A DNA stretch of 64,000 bases from Candidatus Micrarchaeia archaeon (GCA_038880755.1 JAVZRC010000004.1:6390-70389); one strand, 5' to 3'; shown: positions 37,996 through 48,233, counted from the first letter of the stretch. Translations and numbers: made by a program. The notes: generated by a model not told the origin, from the letters alone.

Positions 37996-39141
37996 CTACT
38001 TAATTAGTCTGTCTTTATTTTCTGGAAGCACAGCGACTTTTTTACATATTAAATAAATAGCTGCATATTCTGGAAGTTCTATAATCTGGTCCTTATAAGG
38101 ACCAAATGTTTGATTTTTGAGAACGAATTCTTTACATGAATGTACATAAATCTTCATAGGATCTTCTGAAAATATGATCGGCGTTGATGTCCAATCGTAC
38201 TTATCAAAATTATTTATAGCAAATCTCTGTGCGAGTAAGCCTGTTTCTCCATGAATACTATCTGGCATTCTTATAAGCTTACTTGTGTCAAATGTTACCC
38301 CTTCGTCTACAAATGCAGCCTGGTCTTTCTTTATCGCCTCAACGATCTGAGAAAAGAACTTCTTCTTATCAGATACGTAAACTGCCTCCCAGTTTCCATT
38401 TGATATTTGTTCTGCTGCATCAACTCTTGAATAAAATCTTTCAGCAGTTTTTTTATGAATTCCTATTTGTTCAAGAGATCTTTCTTTGATATGTTTAACT
38501 ACAAAATTTGCAATTCTTCCTTTCCAACCACCATCTGTTATTTTGGGGCCTATGATTCGTTTATGAATTGGATCTTGATAAAAGAAACGCTCATACTCCA
38601 AACCGTTGGCATTAACATAATCTGCGATTTCTTTTCTTCCATATGTCTTTAACGATTGAAACCTCGTTGATATATGAATATGATAACCTCTGTTTCCACT
38701 GAAATTAACTTCTATCTCTTCTTTAGGTATGTTGAAATCTTTAACAAGGAAATCGTCGATCAATCTTAATGCACATTCCTTAGCTCTACCCATACATTTT
38801 TCACAAACCCATTCTTTACCATGCTTCTCAGTACACGGCATTCCTAACTCATTTGCATCTATATCAAAAACCAAATCACCTTGAATCCACTCTTTCTTTT
38901 CGATAGGTCTAGCTGCTGGATACTTATAATATGCCTCCGAATATGAAATAAAAAGTGGTGCGTTTCTTCCCAAATAAGCATTGAGTTCCTTTTCGCTTGA
39001 AAATGAATAATGTCTTGATTCAATCTTTTTAGACCAACCTCCAAAACCAAACTCTCTATTATGGATTTTCTTTGGTGCTTTTGTCCAATGATTAGAATAA
39101 TAATGTCTAAACTTTTCTGTTATAAATGTCTCTTCATCCAT
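37996..39141 (-). CDS. priS: DNA primase small (catalytic) subunit PriS
   Basis: LVFDIDANE (DxD), NFSGNRGYHIHI, DEGVTFDTSKLIRMPDSIHGETGL. Confidence 0.9.
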   Translation of the reverse strand: MDEETFITEKFRHYYSNHWTKAPKKIHNREFGFGGWSKKIESRHYSFSSEKELNAYLGRNAPLFISYSEAYYKYPAARPIEKKEWIQGDLVFDIDANELGMPCTEKHGKEWVCEKCMGRAKECALRLIDDFLVKDFNIPKEEIEVNFSGNRGYHIHISTRFQSLKTYGRKEIADYVNANGLEYERFFYQDPIHKRIIGPKITDGGWKGRIANFVVKHIKERSLEQIGIHKKTAERFYSRVDAAEQISNGNWEAVYVSDKKKFFSQIVEAIKKDQAAFVDEGVTFDTSKLIRMPDSIHGETGLLAQRFAINNFDKYDWTSTPIIFSEDPMKIYVHSCKEFVLKNQTFGPYKDQIIELPEYAAIYLICKKVAVLPENKDRLIK

Positions 39142-39149
39142 AAAAACAC

Positions 39150-40184
39150 CTAAGACTTCTTACTAATTCTTAATCTACTTCTTTTAATTAATCTTGTACC
39201 ATATTGAAGTGGATTCCTATGTCCTTTTTCACCAAGGCAACCACATTCTGGAAGCCTCAAACCATACGATTCCATCATCTGACATGAAGGCGGATTGTAA
39301 CCCTTCTTTGCTATAAACTCAACCTGGTATCTAGCTATCTTCTCATCAAAGTTTGGAGTATTGGTAAACACTTCAACTACTTCATCTATAGATTTTCCTC
39401 TCTTAAGAAGATAAGATGCGATTGCAACCCTTGCAAAATGTGGAAGGTTTTCTCCGTTTCTTGCTCTTTCTAAAATCTTAGCCATACACGGAGCAATCTC
39501 TCCTGTAGACTTCGCAAACATAACTGCCACTTTTTCCTTTGCCTCTCTTCTTCTGTTAACCTCTGCCTCTATTTCCTTTGCTACCTGTTCTATATCGCTC
39601 AATATCTCCTTAGGAAAATTATCTTTTGGGATTGGGATACCTGATTCAATGTTTTGCCGTATAACCTCTGAAATAAAGGACATGAATGTAGCTTCATTCA
39701 GTAATACCATTCCATCCTTGAGATTTTGAAAAACTAATCTTCCTTCTTCTGTTTTTGGAACATAGAGAAGATACTTCTCTACAGATATCTTTAAGCCATC
39801 TAATTCTATATCCATATCTCTTGCAACTCTTTTAGCTTCTTCAATATAGTCATTATTATCTGCAGTTATATTTGCTAATGCTCGCTTGACTTCATTGTTT
39901 ATGAACTTATTTCTTACTTGTGAATCAAAAAGTGAAATTATCATCCTTGATAGTGGATATGAAACTAGATATTTCTCATAAAGTGATTCATCTCCGATTA
40001 CCAAAACTGAAATTTTATCCTCAAAAAGAGCTTCCATTACACGCTTCTTTGCAAACTGAATTTTTTCATAATCAATCTTAAAACTGCCCTGTGACAGAAT
40101 CTGTTTTGCTGTTTTTGAAAATGGATATCTAGCAGCAAATCTAAGTTGTTCTAACTTTTTTAAATCGATCATTTTCCCACACAT
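39150..40184 (-). CDS. priL: DNA primase large subunit PriL
   Basis: Fe-S cysteines (APCMAKIL; PPSCQMMESYGLRLPECGC), the HFARVAIASYL motif, and a position directly upstream of priS. Confidence 0.8.
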   Translation of the reverse strand: MCGKMIDLKKLEQLRFAARYPFSKTAKQILSQGSFKIDYEKIQFAKKRVMEALFEDKISVLVIGDESLYEKYLVSYPLSRMIISLFDSQVRNKFINNEVKRALANITADNNDYIEEAKRVARDMDIELDGLKISVEKYLLYVPKTEEGRLVFQNLKDGMVLLNEATFMSFISEVIRQNIESGIPIPKDNFPKEILSDIEQVAKEIEAEVNRRREAKEKVAVMFAKSTGEIAPCMAKILERARNGENLPHFARVAIASYLLKRGKSIDEVVEVFTNTPNFDEKIARYQVEFIAKKGYNPPSCQMMESYGLRLPECGCLGEKGHRNPLQYGTRLIKRSRLRISKKS

Positions 40185-40202
40185 AGTATATTAACGAGGA
40201 AC

Positions 40203-40282
40203 TTAAGGGATCAGCTTATCCTCTTATCTTCACGGCTTGCAAAATTGCAGCTCAGCAATACCTCGTATCATCATTAGATTAA
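40203..40282 (-). ncRNA. C/D box sRNA candidate
   Basis: The minus strand reads AUGAUGA(C)-12 nt-CUGA(D')-18 nt-GUGAAGA(C')-12 nt-CUGA(D). Both guides are exactly 12 nt (UACGAGGUAUUG, UAAGAGGAUAAG). UUAA/UUAA could form a terminal stem. A TATA-like AAATATAAAA lies ~25 nt upstream. Confidence 0.6.
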
Positions 40283-40393
40283 TTCTTACAGGAAACATTT
40301 TATATTTCTTTTCTAACTTCATTTCTAGTGAATACAAGCTTCGTGAAAGATTGTTGAGCTATAGATGTATTAAGCTATAAATGAAGTGATGAA

Positions 40394-40984
40394 ATGCTTT
40401 TTGAAAAATCTGAAAATAAAACACTTAAAAACATTCGAAAATGGATAGGGAAGAATTTTTCACAGTTTAACATATCTCCAAACATTTGGACTATTGCATC
40501 TCTAGCGGTTGCAATAGCAGCATTCCTGTCTATAATCAATAGATACTTTTTATTTGGTGCAATACTAATAATTATCTCTGGCTTGATGGACTTGATTGAT
40601 GGTGCAGTTGCAAGAAAAACTAAAAAAGTTACAAAATTTGGTGCATTTTTAGATACCGTAATTGACAGGTATAATGAATTTCTTTTTATATTTCCACTTG
40701 TATTTATTCAGTGGCAGCCAATTGTATTTGATTTTCAAGTATGGGTCTTTTTGTTTTTATTTGGATCTATGATAACTACATATGTAAAATCAGCTGCAGC
40801 AGAAAAGAAGTTGAAAAAAGAACTTAGAGGCGGAATACTTGAAAGAGCTGAGAGAGTTGGACTTTACACTGTAAGTTTGATTATAGCAGAGTTTAATGTC
40901 ACTATTTTTCAGTATTTAATTATAATCCTCGCTATTTTATCTAACATAAGTGCGATACAAAGAATTGTAAAGGCAATTAGATAA
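40394..40984 (+). CDS. CDP-alcohol phosphatidyltransferase family protein (archaeal lipid head-group synthase)
   Basis: DLIDGAVARKTKKVTKFGAFLDTVIDRYNE matches D-G-x2-A-R-x8-G-x3-D-x3-D. Multi-TM. Confidence 0.85.
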   Translation: MLFEKSENKTLKNIRKWIGKNFSQFNISPNIWTIASLAVAIAAFLSIINRYFLFGAILIIISGLMDLIDGAVARKTKKVTKFGAFLDTVIDRYNEFLFIFPLVFIQWQPIVFDFQVWVFLFLFGSMITTYVKSAAAEKKLKKELRGGILERAERVGLYTVSLIIAEFNVTIFQYLIIILAILSNISAIQRIVKAIR

Positions 40985-40995
40985 AGGATGAAAAA

Positions 40996-42081
40996 ATGCG
41001 AATAATAGCGCATATAGATATGGATAGTTTCTTTACAGCATGTGAGGTATTGAAAAGGCCAGAGCTAAAAGGAAAACCTATAATTGTAGGTGCGGATCCA
41101 AAAGAAGGAAAAGGAAGAGGTGTCGTAAGTACAGCCTCTTATGAAGCTAGAAAATTTGGAATTAAATCAGGAATGCCCATCTCTATCGCTTACCGTAAAT
41201 GTCCTCAATGTATATTTCTTCCAGTCGATTTTGAATACTACTTAGAGGTTTCTGATAGAATAATGAGATTATTGCAAAAATTCAGCAATAAGATTGAAAT
41301 AGCAAGTATAGATGAAGCATATATTGATATAAGCCACATAGGAGATTATAAAGATGCTAAGAAAATTGCAGAAAATATAAAAAACGAAATAAGAAAAATA
41401 GGTTTAACCTGCTCAATAGGCATAGGACCCAATAAATTAATTGCAAAAATTGCATCTGATTACAATAAGCCTGATGGTTTAACTGTGGTAAAACCAAATG
41501 AAGTTGATAAATTCTTAAATCCATTAAATGTAAGAGTTATTCCTGGAATAGGGCCTAAAACAAGCGAATTTCTTAAAGAGAGAAATATAGAAACAATCTC
41601 TGACTTAAAGAAAATTAGTAAATTAACATTAAAGAGCTGGCTAGGTAAATTTGGAGAAGATATATATTATTATGCAAGAGGAATTGATGATTCTGAATTG
41701 ATAACTGAATACTTTCCAAAATCATTCAGCAGAGAACATACTTTTGAAAAAGATACTGACAATATGGATGAAATAGTTGAGGTGATTGATGTCATATGTA
41801 GTGAATTACAAGACGAATGTATAAAAGAGAATGTAGAATTCAAAACTGTTACTTTGAAAGTGAGATTTAAAGGGTTTGAAACATATACAAGAAGTGTAAC
41901 TTTAGATCAGTATTCAAAAAGAAAAGAAGATATAAAGAAAATAGGATTAAATCTATTATCTGAATTTTATCCATTTGAAAAAAAGATTAGACTTATCGGG
42001 TTAAAAATCTCTAATTTAAAAAGTAAAAATAAGAAAAAAGATGATTCTGAAGTAAAAATAAGCGACTATATTGAAATCTAA
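40996..42081 (+). CDS. dbh: Y-family DNA polymerase IV (Dpo4/Dbh)
   Basis: IIAHIDMDSFFTACE, SIDEAYIDIS, GIGPNKLIAKIAS, IPGIGPKT. Confidence 0.9.
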   Translation: MRIIAHIDMDSFFTACEVLKRPELKGKPIIVGADPKEGKGRGVVSTASYEARKFGIKSGMPISIAYRKCPQCIFLPVDFEYYLEVSDRIMRLLQKFSNKIEIASIDEAYIDISHIGDYKDAKKIAENIKNEIRKIGLTCSIGIGPNKLIAKIASDYNKPDGLTVVKPNEVDKFLNPLNVRVIPGIGPKTSEFLKERNIETISDLKKISKLTLKSWLGKFGEDIYYYARGIDDSELITEYFPKSFSREHTFEKDTDNMDEIVEVIDVICSELQDECIKENVEFKTVTLKVRFKGFETYTRSVTLDQYSKRKEDIKKIGLNLLSEFYPFEKKIRLIGLKISNLKSKNKKKDDSEVKISDYIEI

Positions 42082-42112
42082 TCATGGCATAAAAGTTATT
42101 ATATAGTTTTTG

Positions 42113-43303
42113 TTATTCTTCTTTTAATAACACTGACATCTGCCTTTGAATATCCGACATTTGAGATTTGTATTCTTCATAAAGAAATTCAAGATCTTGT
42201 TCAGTCTTTTGAATTTCTAACTTTACTTTATTATTTCTCTCTTCTTTTAGTACTGATATCTTTTGTTCGATAGAATTAAGTTCCTCTATATATTCCCTTT
42301 CTTTCTTTGCCAATTCATTTATTTCTCTTTTAATAGCTCTTCTCTTTAGATAATCGATTACAAATTTATCATACATGCCAACTGTAACTAAAAAGATTAA
42401 TGCGGCAGCAAGACCTTGTACTATGGTAAAGTTAGCTGATATAAAGTCGCCAACTAATGAAAATTTTGCTAGTTTGTCTTTGATAAATAATTTAAATTGT
42501 TCTGTCTTGACCAATTCAGTTGCACCGAAAAATGCAACTATATATGATGCAACTATATGTGCTGCCTGCCATAATTTCTTTAAAGAAAGAATATTTTTAA
42601 CGGCATCTTTTATTTTTGTGAGTGATTTAACATTTGAATCTAAAAGCTGGTTATATTCTTTGATCTTTTCCAACTGCATTACCCGATTTCCATTCAATTT
42701 CTGTTTTACATCATTAAGTTTGTATTTTGATTCTGAAATTTCTTTTTCAATAGGTATTATTTCTACTCTTATTTTCTGTATATTTGAACTTAATATCTTT
42801 AAATATTCTTCATAATAGTTATTCATGATCTCTCTTTTTGCTCTTAATAATTGATAGAATTGATTTCTTACTTTCTTTCCCTTACCCTTCAATTCAATTA
42901 GATCTTCCTTTGCTTTTCTTTCCATAAGTTCTATCTGAATTTTCTTATTAGTCTCAATGTTTTCATGATAATAAGGCCAAGAATCTTCTGCTCTCTTCAT
43001 ATTTTTTGGAATTAAAAATATATTTGAAAGGATCATAGAACCTATCCTATGATCAAGAGTTGAAGATGTGATTATCATTTTAGAAATATCTATCGGTATA
43101 TTTAAGTTGACAGCATCTATCTGTTCTGGAGTTGGAATATTATTTGAAAAATAAGGATATCTCTCTTCTTTTGGTACGCCGAAATTATAGTAATTAGTAT
43201 TGAAATTAGTTGAATCTGAAATCCTATTCTGGAATGGATCTCTATCTTTCTTGTCTAATCTTTCTTGTTCCTTTCTCTTCTTAAAGAACTCCCACATTCC
43301 CAT
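42113..43303 (-). CDS. Hypothetical coiled-coil membrane protein
   Basis: Long heptad-rich stretches flank two hydrophobic segments (AAHIVASYIVAFFGA, FTIVQGLAAALIFLVTVGM). Start uncertain: TTG at 43354 or ATG at 43303. Confidence 0.5.
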   Translation of the reverse strand: MGMWEFFKKRKEQERLDKKDRDPFQNRISDSTNFNTNYYNFGVPKEERYPYFSNNIPTPEQIDAVNLNIPIDISKMIITSSTLDHRIGSMILSNIFLIPKNMKRAEDSWPYYHENIETNKKIQIELMERKAKEDLIELKGKGKKVRNQFYQLLRAKREIMNNYYEEYLKILSSNIQKIRVEIIPIEKEISESKYKLNDVKQKLNGNRVMQLEKIKEYNQLLDSNVKSLTKIKDAVKNILSLKKLWQAAHIVASYIVAFFGATELVKTEQFKLFIKDKLAKFSLVGDFISANFTIVQGLAAALIFLVTVGMYDKFVIDYLKRRAIKREINELAKKEREYIEELNSIEQKISVLKEERNNKVKLEIQKTEQDLEFLYEEYKSQMSDIQRQMSVLLKEE

Positions 43304-43378
43304 GATTAAAACAATCAGATGAAATATATAAATATTTCTATCTCTATTCGGCAACTAACGAAAAAATGAAAATATGAA

Positions 43379-44794
43379 TTAAGCGAGTTTCCAAACTGTT
43401 CCTTCTTTAGTATCATCAAGCAGAATTCCCTTCTCTTTAAGTTTATTTCTTATTTCATCTGCCTTAGCAAAATCTTTTCTCTTCCTTGCCTCATTTCTTT
43501 CTTGTATTAATCTTTCAATCTCTTCCTTTGGAATAGGGAGTTGTTCTTCTTTTTTCTTCATATAGTCAAGAATACCTAGAACCTCATCGAAATAAAACAT
43601 TGCCTTCTTTACTTCTCTTGCGTTATCAATTCCTAATAATTTTTCATTCATAAGAATATTTATTTCTTTGATAAAATCAAATACTATTGCGATTGCTTGG
43701 GGAGTATTGAAATCATTCTCCAATGCCATATCAAATTTATTCTTTGTTTCTTCTATAATTTGCTTTACATCTGGATTATTATATTCATTCTTTACCAAAT
43801 CAAGGTTACGCATGAATTCAAAAATTCTATTTACTGAATTCTGTGCAGCTTCAAGCGCTTCCATTGAAAGATTTAATTGCTCTCTATAGTGGGATGAAAT
43901 AAATAAGTATCTAACTGCTTCTGGTTTTACTCCTTTTTCAAGAACGTCTTTAAGAGTCCAGAAATTACCTAATGACTTTGACATCTTTTGGCCGTTTATT
44001 AGAATATGTGCATTATGTAGCCAATATTTTACAAACGGCTTTCCTGTTGCTCCCTCTGCCTGTGCAATCTCGTTTTCATGATGAGGAAATATGAGGTCTA
44101 TACCTCCACAATGGATATCAAAAGATTCTCCTAGGTACTTCATTGACATTGCTGAACATTCTATGTGCCAGCCAGGCCTTCCTCTTCCGATTTCAGTATC
44201 CCAATAAACCTCTCCATCTTCAGGAGTCCAAGCCTTCCATAATGCAAAATCAAAAACTTGGTCTTTTGCATACTCGTCTGCATTTACTCTTCCACTAGCT
44301 CCTGCCTTAAGCTGTGAAATGTCCATGTGAGAAAGCTTGCCGTACTCTTTGAATGCAGAAACTCTATAATATATTGAACCGTCTGCGCCTTTGTATGCAA
44401 TTCCAAGGTTCATCAGCCGTTTTATTAGATCTACCATCTCCTTTATATGTTCTGTAGCCTTTGGATGGATATCTGCTTTCTTTATATTCAGTGTCTCAAG
44501 ATCCTTAAAGAAAATTTGGGTGTATCTCTCTGTAAATTCTTTTAGAGAGATTCCCTCCTGCTGCGAACCTTTTATTGTTTTATCGTCAACATCTGTAAGA
44601 TTCATTACGAAAGTGAGTTTGTATCCTTTATGAATTAAAGTTCTTCTCACTATATCATAAAATGTAAAGGCACGAAGATTTCCTAGGTGGGCATAATTAT
44701 AGACAGTCGGGCCACAGCAATACATTCTTACATGATTATCTTCCAACGGTTTGAAATGCTCAAGCTTTCTTGATAAGGTGTTATAAACTAGCAT
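43379..44794 (-). CDS. cysS: Cysteinyl-tRNA synthetase
   Basis: [18 protein letters not shown] (HIGH-type), [14 protein letters not shown]. Confidence 0.95.
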   Translation of the reverse strand: MLVYNTLSRKLEHFKPLEDNHVRMYCCGPTVYNYAHLGNLRAFTFYDIVRRTLIHKGYKLTFVMNLTDVDDKTIKGSQQEGISLKEFTERYTQIFFKDLETLNIKKADIHPKATEHIKEMVDLIKRLMNLGIAYKGADGSIYYRVSAFKEYGKLSHMDISQLKAGASGRVNADEYAKDQVFDFALWKAWTPEDGEVYWDTEIGRGRPGWHIECSAMSMKYLGESFDIHCGGIDLIFPHHENEIAQAEGATGKPFVKYWLHNAHILINGQKMSKSLGNFWTLKDVLEKGVKPEAVRYLFISSHYREQLNLSMEALEAAQNSVNRIFEFMRNLDLVKNEYNNPDVKQIIEETKNKFDMALENDFNTPQAIAIVFDFIKEINILMNEKLLGIDNAREVKKAMFYFDEVLGILDYMKKKEEQLPIPKEEIERLIQERNEARKRKDFAKADEIRNKLKEKGILLDDTKEGTVWKLA

Positions 44795-44845
44795 AAGATC
44801 ACAAATAAAAAATGAGCAAAAAGATATAAAAAGATAATAGAAAAA

Positions 44846-45682
44846 TTAGATTTCTTTTCCTAATTTTGCACCTGCATTTTGCAAAACTTCTGCCTCTTCT
44901 AAAAATCTTTTTTCTATGGCGTAATCAAGTGGTGTCTTGCCCTCATTTGATTTTATATTTGGATCTGCACCATGTTCAAGAAGTAATCTGATTGCCTCTA
45001 TTCTTTTGTTTTCATCTCTTAAATGATCAGATTTGAAGATATGGTGCAAAGCAGTGAATCCATTTTTATCTTGTTTGTTTATTAAAGCGCCGTGCTCTAA
45101 TAGCATCTTGATCGCATCTCTATCATTATGGATAGCTGCCATGAAAATGGGGGTAGTGCCATCTTCTGCTTCTTCATTCACATCGAGATTTGTTTTTTCA
45201 AGAAATACCTTTAGAGAACTTGCAGAGCTAGATGCATAATATAACATTGAGCAGCCCAAATTCTTAACCTTCCAATCTGCACCTAAATCAATCAATTTTT
45301 CAATTATTTCAGGTCTGTCCAAAGCTATTAATTCTTCAAAAGCTGTATAAAAGACCTTTCCATCAGAGTCGTATTCTACAACTTGTGCTCCATGATTGTA
45401 AAGAATTTCAAGCGCCTCTAAGGATATATAAGGAAGGGATTCGAAGAATACTGTATTTTCTGATGGAAATGGGAGCTCTTCATTTGGACTAAAACCTTCC
45501 TTTAAAAATTCCTTTATTGCTTTTATATCATTATCTACAATTGCATAATAAAAGTCCCACAGCTTTTGATCTCTTTTTTCATCATAATCCTCTATTTTAG
45601 AGATCTCATCTTTTTTCATGCCTTTAAATGATTCAATTTCTTTTTCAAATCTCTCTTTATTTACCCTCTTGAAGTTTTCCAT
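44846..45682 (-). CDS. Ankyrin repeat protein
   Basis: Repeats such as GTTPIFMAAIHNDRDAIKMLLEHGALINKQDKNGFTALHH and LLLEHGADPNIKSNEGKTPLDYA. Confidence 0.85.
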   Translation of the reverse strand: MENFKRVNKERFEKEIESFKGMKKDEISKIEDYDEKRDQKLWDFYYAIVDNDIKAIKEFLKEGFSPNEELPFPSENTVFFESLPYISLEALEILYNHGAQVVEYDSDGKVFYTAFEELIALDRPEIIEKLIDLGADWKVKNLGCSMLYYASSSASSLKVFLEKTNLDVNEEAEDGTTPIFMAAIHNDRDAIKMLLEHGALINKQDKNGFTALHHIFKSDHLRDENKRIEAIRLLLEHGADPNIKSNEGKTPLDYAIEKRFLEEAEVLQNAGAKLGKEI

Positions 45683-45763
45683 CTTACCACCATTAAAACC
45701 TAAATAACACTAATAAAAAACAATACCTGTATAAAAACTTTTTGGTTGCATGCATAGCTAAAA

Positions 45764-46087
45764 TTAGTATTCGATATAGAATAGATCTTCTTTTAACTTA
45801 TAATCGATATAATTTTTATCTGAAGGAAAGAAGACCTTAACTTCTTCGACTACTATTAAAAATTCATTCAAAGAAATCTGTCTTATAAATTCATCAAGCT
45901 GCTCCTTTGAATCCGCTTCACAAAAAATCTCAACATCGTTATTATCTAGATTTCTTACAAAACCTCTTATACCTAATTTCCGAGCTTGCCTTGCTGTCCT
46001 AAATCTATATCCTACGCCCTGAACAGAACCAGAAACTATTATTCTAGCTTTTATTTTGTTTGAAACAGAATTCATTTCTTTTTTCAT
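45764..46087 (-). CDS. acyP: Acylphosphatase
   Basis: ARIIVSGSVQGVGYRFRTARQARKLGIRGFVRNLDNNDVEI. The start was moved to the ATG at 46087 because the ORF-track extension overlaps tRNA-Cys. Confidence 0.8.
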   Translation of the reverse strand: MKKEMNSVSNKIKARIIVSGSVQGVGYRFRTARQARKLGIRGFVRNLDNNDVEIFCEADSKEQLDEFIRQISLNEFLIVVEEVKVFFPSDKNYIDYKLKEDLFYIEY

Positions 46088-46130
46088 AACTAAACCTATA
46101 GAATAAATTGAGTAACTGACAAAAATAAAA

Positions 46131-46201
46131 AGCCAGGTGAGGGAGTTGAACCCCCCTTTCCCGCTCTGCAGGCGGGTGCATCGCCGCTCTGCCAACCTGG
46201 C
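46131..46201 (-). tRNA. tRNA-Cys(GCA)
   Basis: GCCAGGU/ACCUGGC acceptor, CCCGC-CUGCAGA-GCGGG anticodon arm, GGGGG-UUCAACU-CCCUC T arm, U73 discriminator. Confidence 0.9.
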
Positions 46202-46280
46202 GATAAAAAGAAATTGATATTATATAAATAAGAGTAAAAGTTTTTTAACCTTCATAAATAATTTATACACAAGTGATTAT

Positions 46281-46601
46281 ATGCAAATAGATCCGAGACA
46301 ACTTCAAAGAATGATGAGACAGATGGGAATTGATACGGAAGAGATATCTGCAAATCGAGTTATAATTGAACAGGATGACAAAAAGATAATTCTTAATGAT
46401 CCAAAAATAATAAAGATAAATGCGAAAGGAGAGGTCTCTTTCCAGATAAGTGCTGAAGAAATAAAAGAAGAAATGATGGTGTCAAAAGAAGATATAGAAT
46501 TAGTATCTAAACAAGCGGGAGTAGATGAAGAAACCGCAAGGAAGGCGTTAGAAGAGAGCAATGGTGATGTTGCAGAGGCAATAATGAAGCTTAAAAAATA
46601 A
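46281..46601 (+). CDS. nac: Nascent polypeptide-associated complex protein (archaeal NAC)
   Basis: NAC domain (RMMRQMGIDTEEI...) plus C-terminal UBA (EDIELVSKQAGVDEETARKALEESNGDVAEAIMKL). Confidence 0.9.
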   Translation: MQIDPRQLQRMMRQMGIDTEEISANRVIIEQDDKKIILNDPKIIKINAKGEVSFQISAEEIKEEMMVSKEDIELVSKQAGVDEETARKALEESNGDVAEAIMKLKK

Positions 46602-46613
46602 AGAAATAAATAA

Positions 46614-47426
46614 CTAAACTATTTTTGTTTCTTTTATCTCTTTTATTATTTCATCTGCATCTGCCTTAACACCAAATTCTGAGAAATATCTTATTAAATT
46701 TTTAATGTCTCTTTCAAAAAATTCATTCGCCATTGGATGATCTATTAGGACTGTTTGCCCGACATCTATTATATGTAACTTACTTTTTTTTCCTTCGGAA
46801 TCTGTAGTTACAAGAATGTTGTATTCGCTTAAATCACTGTGCACAAGTCCAATTGAATAAAGCTTCTTTATTTCCTTTATTATTTGGTTGAAATTTTTCT
46901 TTGGCTCTGGTGGTCCAATTTTTTTAAGCAAAGGAGCTGGAGTGCCGTTTTCATCTCCTATAAACTCCATTAAAAGAACATTATTCCTAAAGTAATATGG
47001 CTCTGGAACACTTATTCCCTCTTCATAGCAAAGTCTTAGATTCCTAAATTCCTTTTTAGTCCATTCATAGACTATCTCTTTCTTGGAATGCGGTACCTTT
47101 CTAAATCTTGGATCTCCTCTTATGTAATTCTGCATGTGTTTAAAATCAGATGTTTCTATCATATATATCTTTAAAGCAGCAAACTTAGACTTTTTCTTCT
47201 TTAAATCTTGATTCAGGAGTTTGCTTCCTTTAGTTGCCCTGAAAACATATGCTTCCTTTCCTTTTGAAATTGGAAAATCTATGCTTTCTATATACTTGTT
47301 ATTCAAAAGATGAATTAAGATGTCTAAAACCTTGGGATCAAAAACTTCGCTCTCGATCTTTTTCCTTTCTTTCCTTGCTTTTATTGCCTTGTCTAAAAAT
47401 TCGAACTCATCAAGAGGCATAACCAT
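46614..47426 (-). CDS. rio1: RIO-type serine/threonine protein kinase (Rio1-like)
   Basis: ISKGKEAYVFRA, LVHSDLSEYNILV, IIDVGQTV. Confidence 0.9.
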   Translation of the reverse strand: MVMPLDEFEFLDKAIKARKERKKIESEVFDPKVLDILIHLLNNKYIESIDFPISKGKEAYVFRATKGSKLLNQDLKKKKSKFAALKIYMIETSDFKHMQNYIRGDPRFRKVPHSKKEIVYEWTKKEFRNLRLCYEEGISVPEPYYFRNNVLLMEFIGDENGTPAPLLKKIGPPEPKKNFNQIIKEIKKLYSIGLVHSDLSEYNILVTTDSEGKKSKLHIIDVGQTVLIDHPMANEFFERDIKNLIRYFSEFGVKADADEIIKEIKETKIV

Positions 47427-47454
47427 CCCGAATCAAATAAACGAAGATATGAAA

Positions 47455-47760
47455 TTATTCAAGATCCTTCAAAAATCCATGCCTTCTAAGCCAATCTGCT
47501 TGAATCTTTGTATATCTCCAGATTATGTCTCCTTTCTTATCGCTTTCAATTGCCCATGGCTCTACTATAACATAATCCCCTTCCTTAACCCAGATGTCAT
47601 GCTTTATCTTTCCTGGAACCCTGCAAAGTCTTTCCTTCTTATCTGAGCATAAAACCATGAATCTGCTACCACCTGCTCTGCCAATGATAAGACCTAAAAC
47701 CTCTTTATCTTTAGGCGTTCTAACTCTAAATACCTGTTCTCCTTGATTTTGTTCTGTCAA
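47455..47760 (-). CDS. eif1a: Translation initiation factor aIF1A
   Basis: RVRTPKDKEVLGLIIGRAGGSRFMVLCSDKKERLCRVPGKIKHDIWVKEGDYVIVEPW. Apparent TTG start after a GGTGG SD. Confidence 0.9.
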   Translation of the reverse strand: MTEQNQGEQVFRVRTPKDKEVLGLIIGRAGGSRFMVLCSDKKERLCRVPGKIKHDIWVKEGDYVIVEPWAIESDKKGDIIWRYTKIQADWLRRHGFLKDLE

Positions 47761-47810
47761 TAAACCACCGTATTGATTATCAAATGAAATAAACTAATAA
47801 ATATATTTGA

Positions 47811-48233
47811 TCAGACTTTTGGAACGGATGAACGAGCACCGCATGCTTCGCAAACCATTACCATGAGACCTCTTTCAACCTCTTCTAACCTCGTATCTGG
47901 AAGCTTGCATTGCTTGCAGTAGAGGAATATCTCCATATATTGCTTTAGCTTTTCATTTAAGAGCTTATCATTTACTTTTGTATTTAAGACAAGCTTCCCC
48001 CCTTCTATAGTAAAACTTGTTGCCAATTCTTTTGCAAGGAACTTTCCGACATGCCTTGGATCTCTTCTCATCTTGTTTGTTATTGATTCAAAATTCTTTA
48101 CTAGAGTCTTATTTCCTTGAACAAGCGTCTCTGGAACTGGAATTTCTAAACGTTCTTTTGTAACTCTTTTTTCTGGAAGTTCTGAATATGCTTTGTCAAG
48201 CAATTTTTCATAATCATTTATATCGATGCTCAT
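47811..48233 (-). CDS. eif2b: Translation initiation factor aIF2 beta subunit
   Basis: YEKLLDKAYSELPE..., RDPRHVGKFLAKELAT, C-terminal zinc ribbon CKQCKLPDT...CEACGA. Confidence 0.9.
   Translation of the reverse strand: MSIDINDYEKLLDKAYSELPEKRVTKERLEIPVPETLVQGNKTLVKNFESITNKMRRDPRHVGKFLAKELATSFTIEGGKLVLNTKVNDKLLNEKLKQYMEIFLYCKQCKLPDTRLEEVERGLMVMVCEACGARSSVPKV

Noticed and set aside
46088-46195. N-terminal 36-aa extension of the acylphosphatase ORF (MAERRCTRLQSGKGGFNSL...).
   Set aside because: It is the translation of tRNA-Cys(GCA) on the same strand. Acylphosphatase homology begins after the ATG at 46087.
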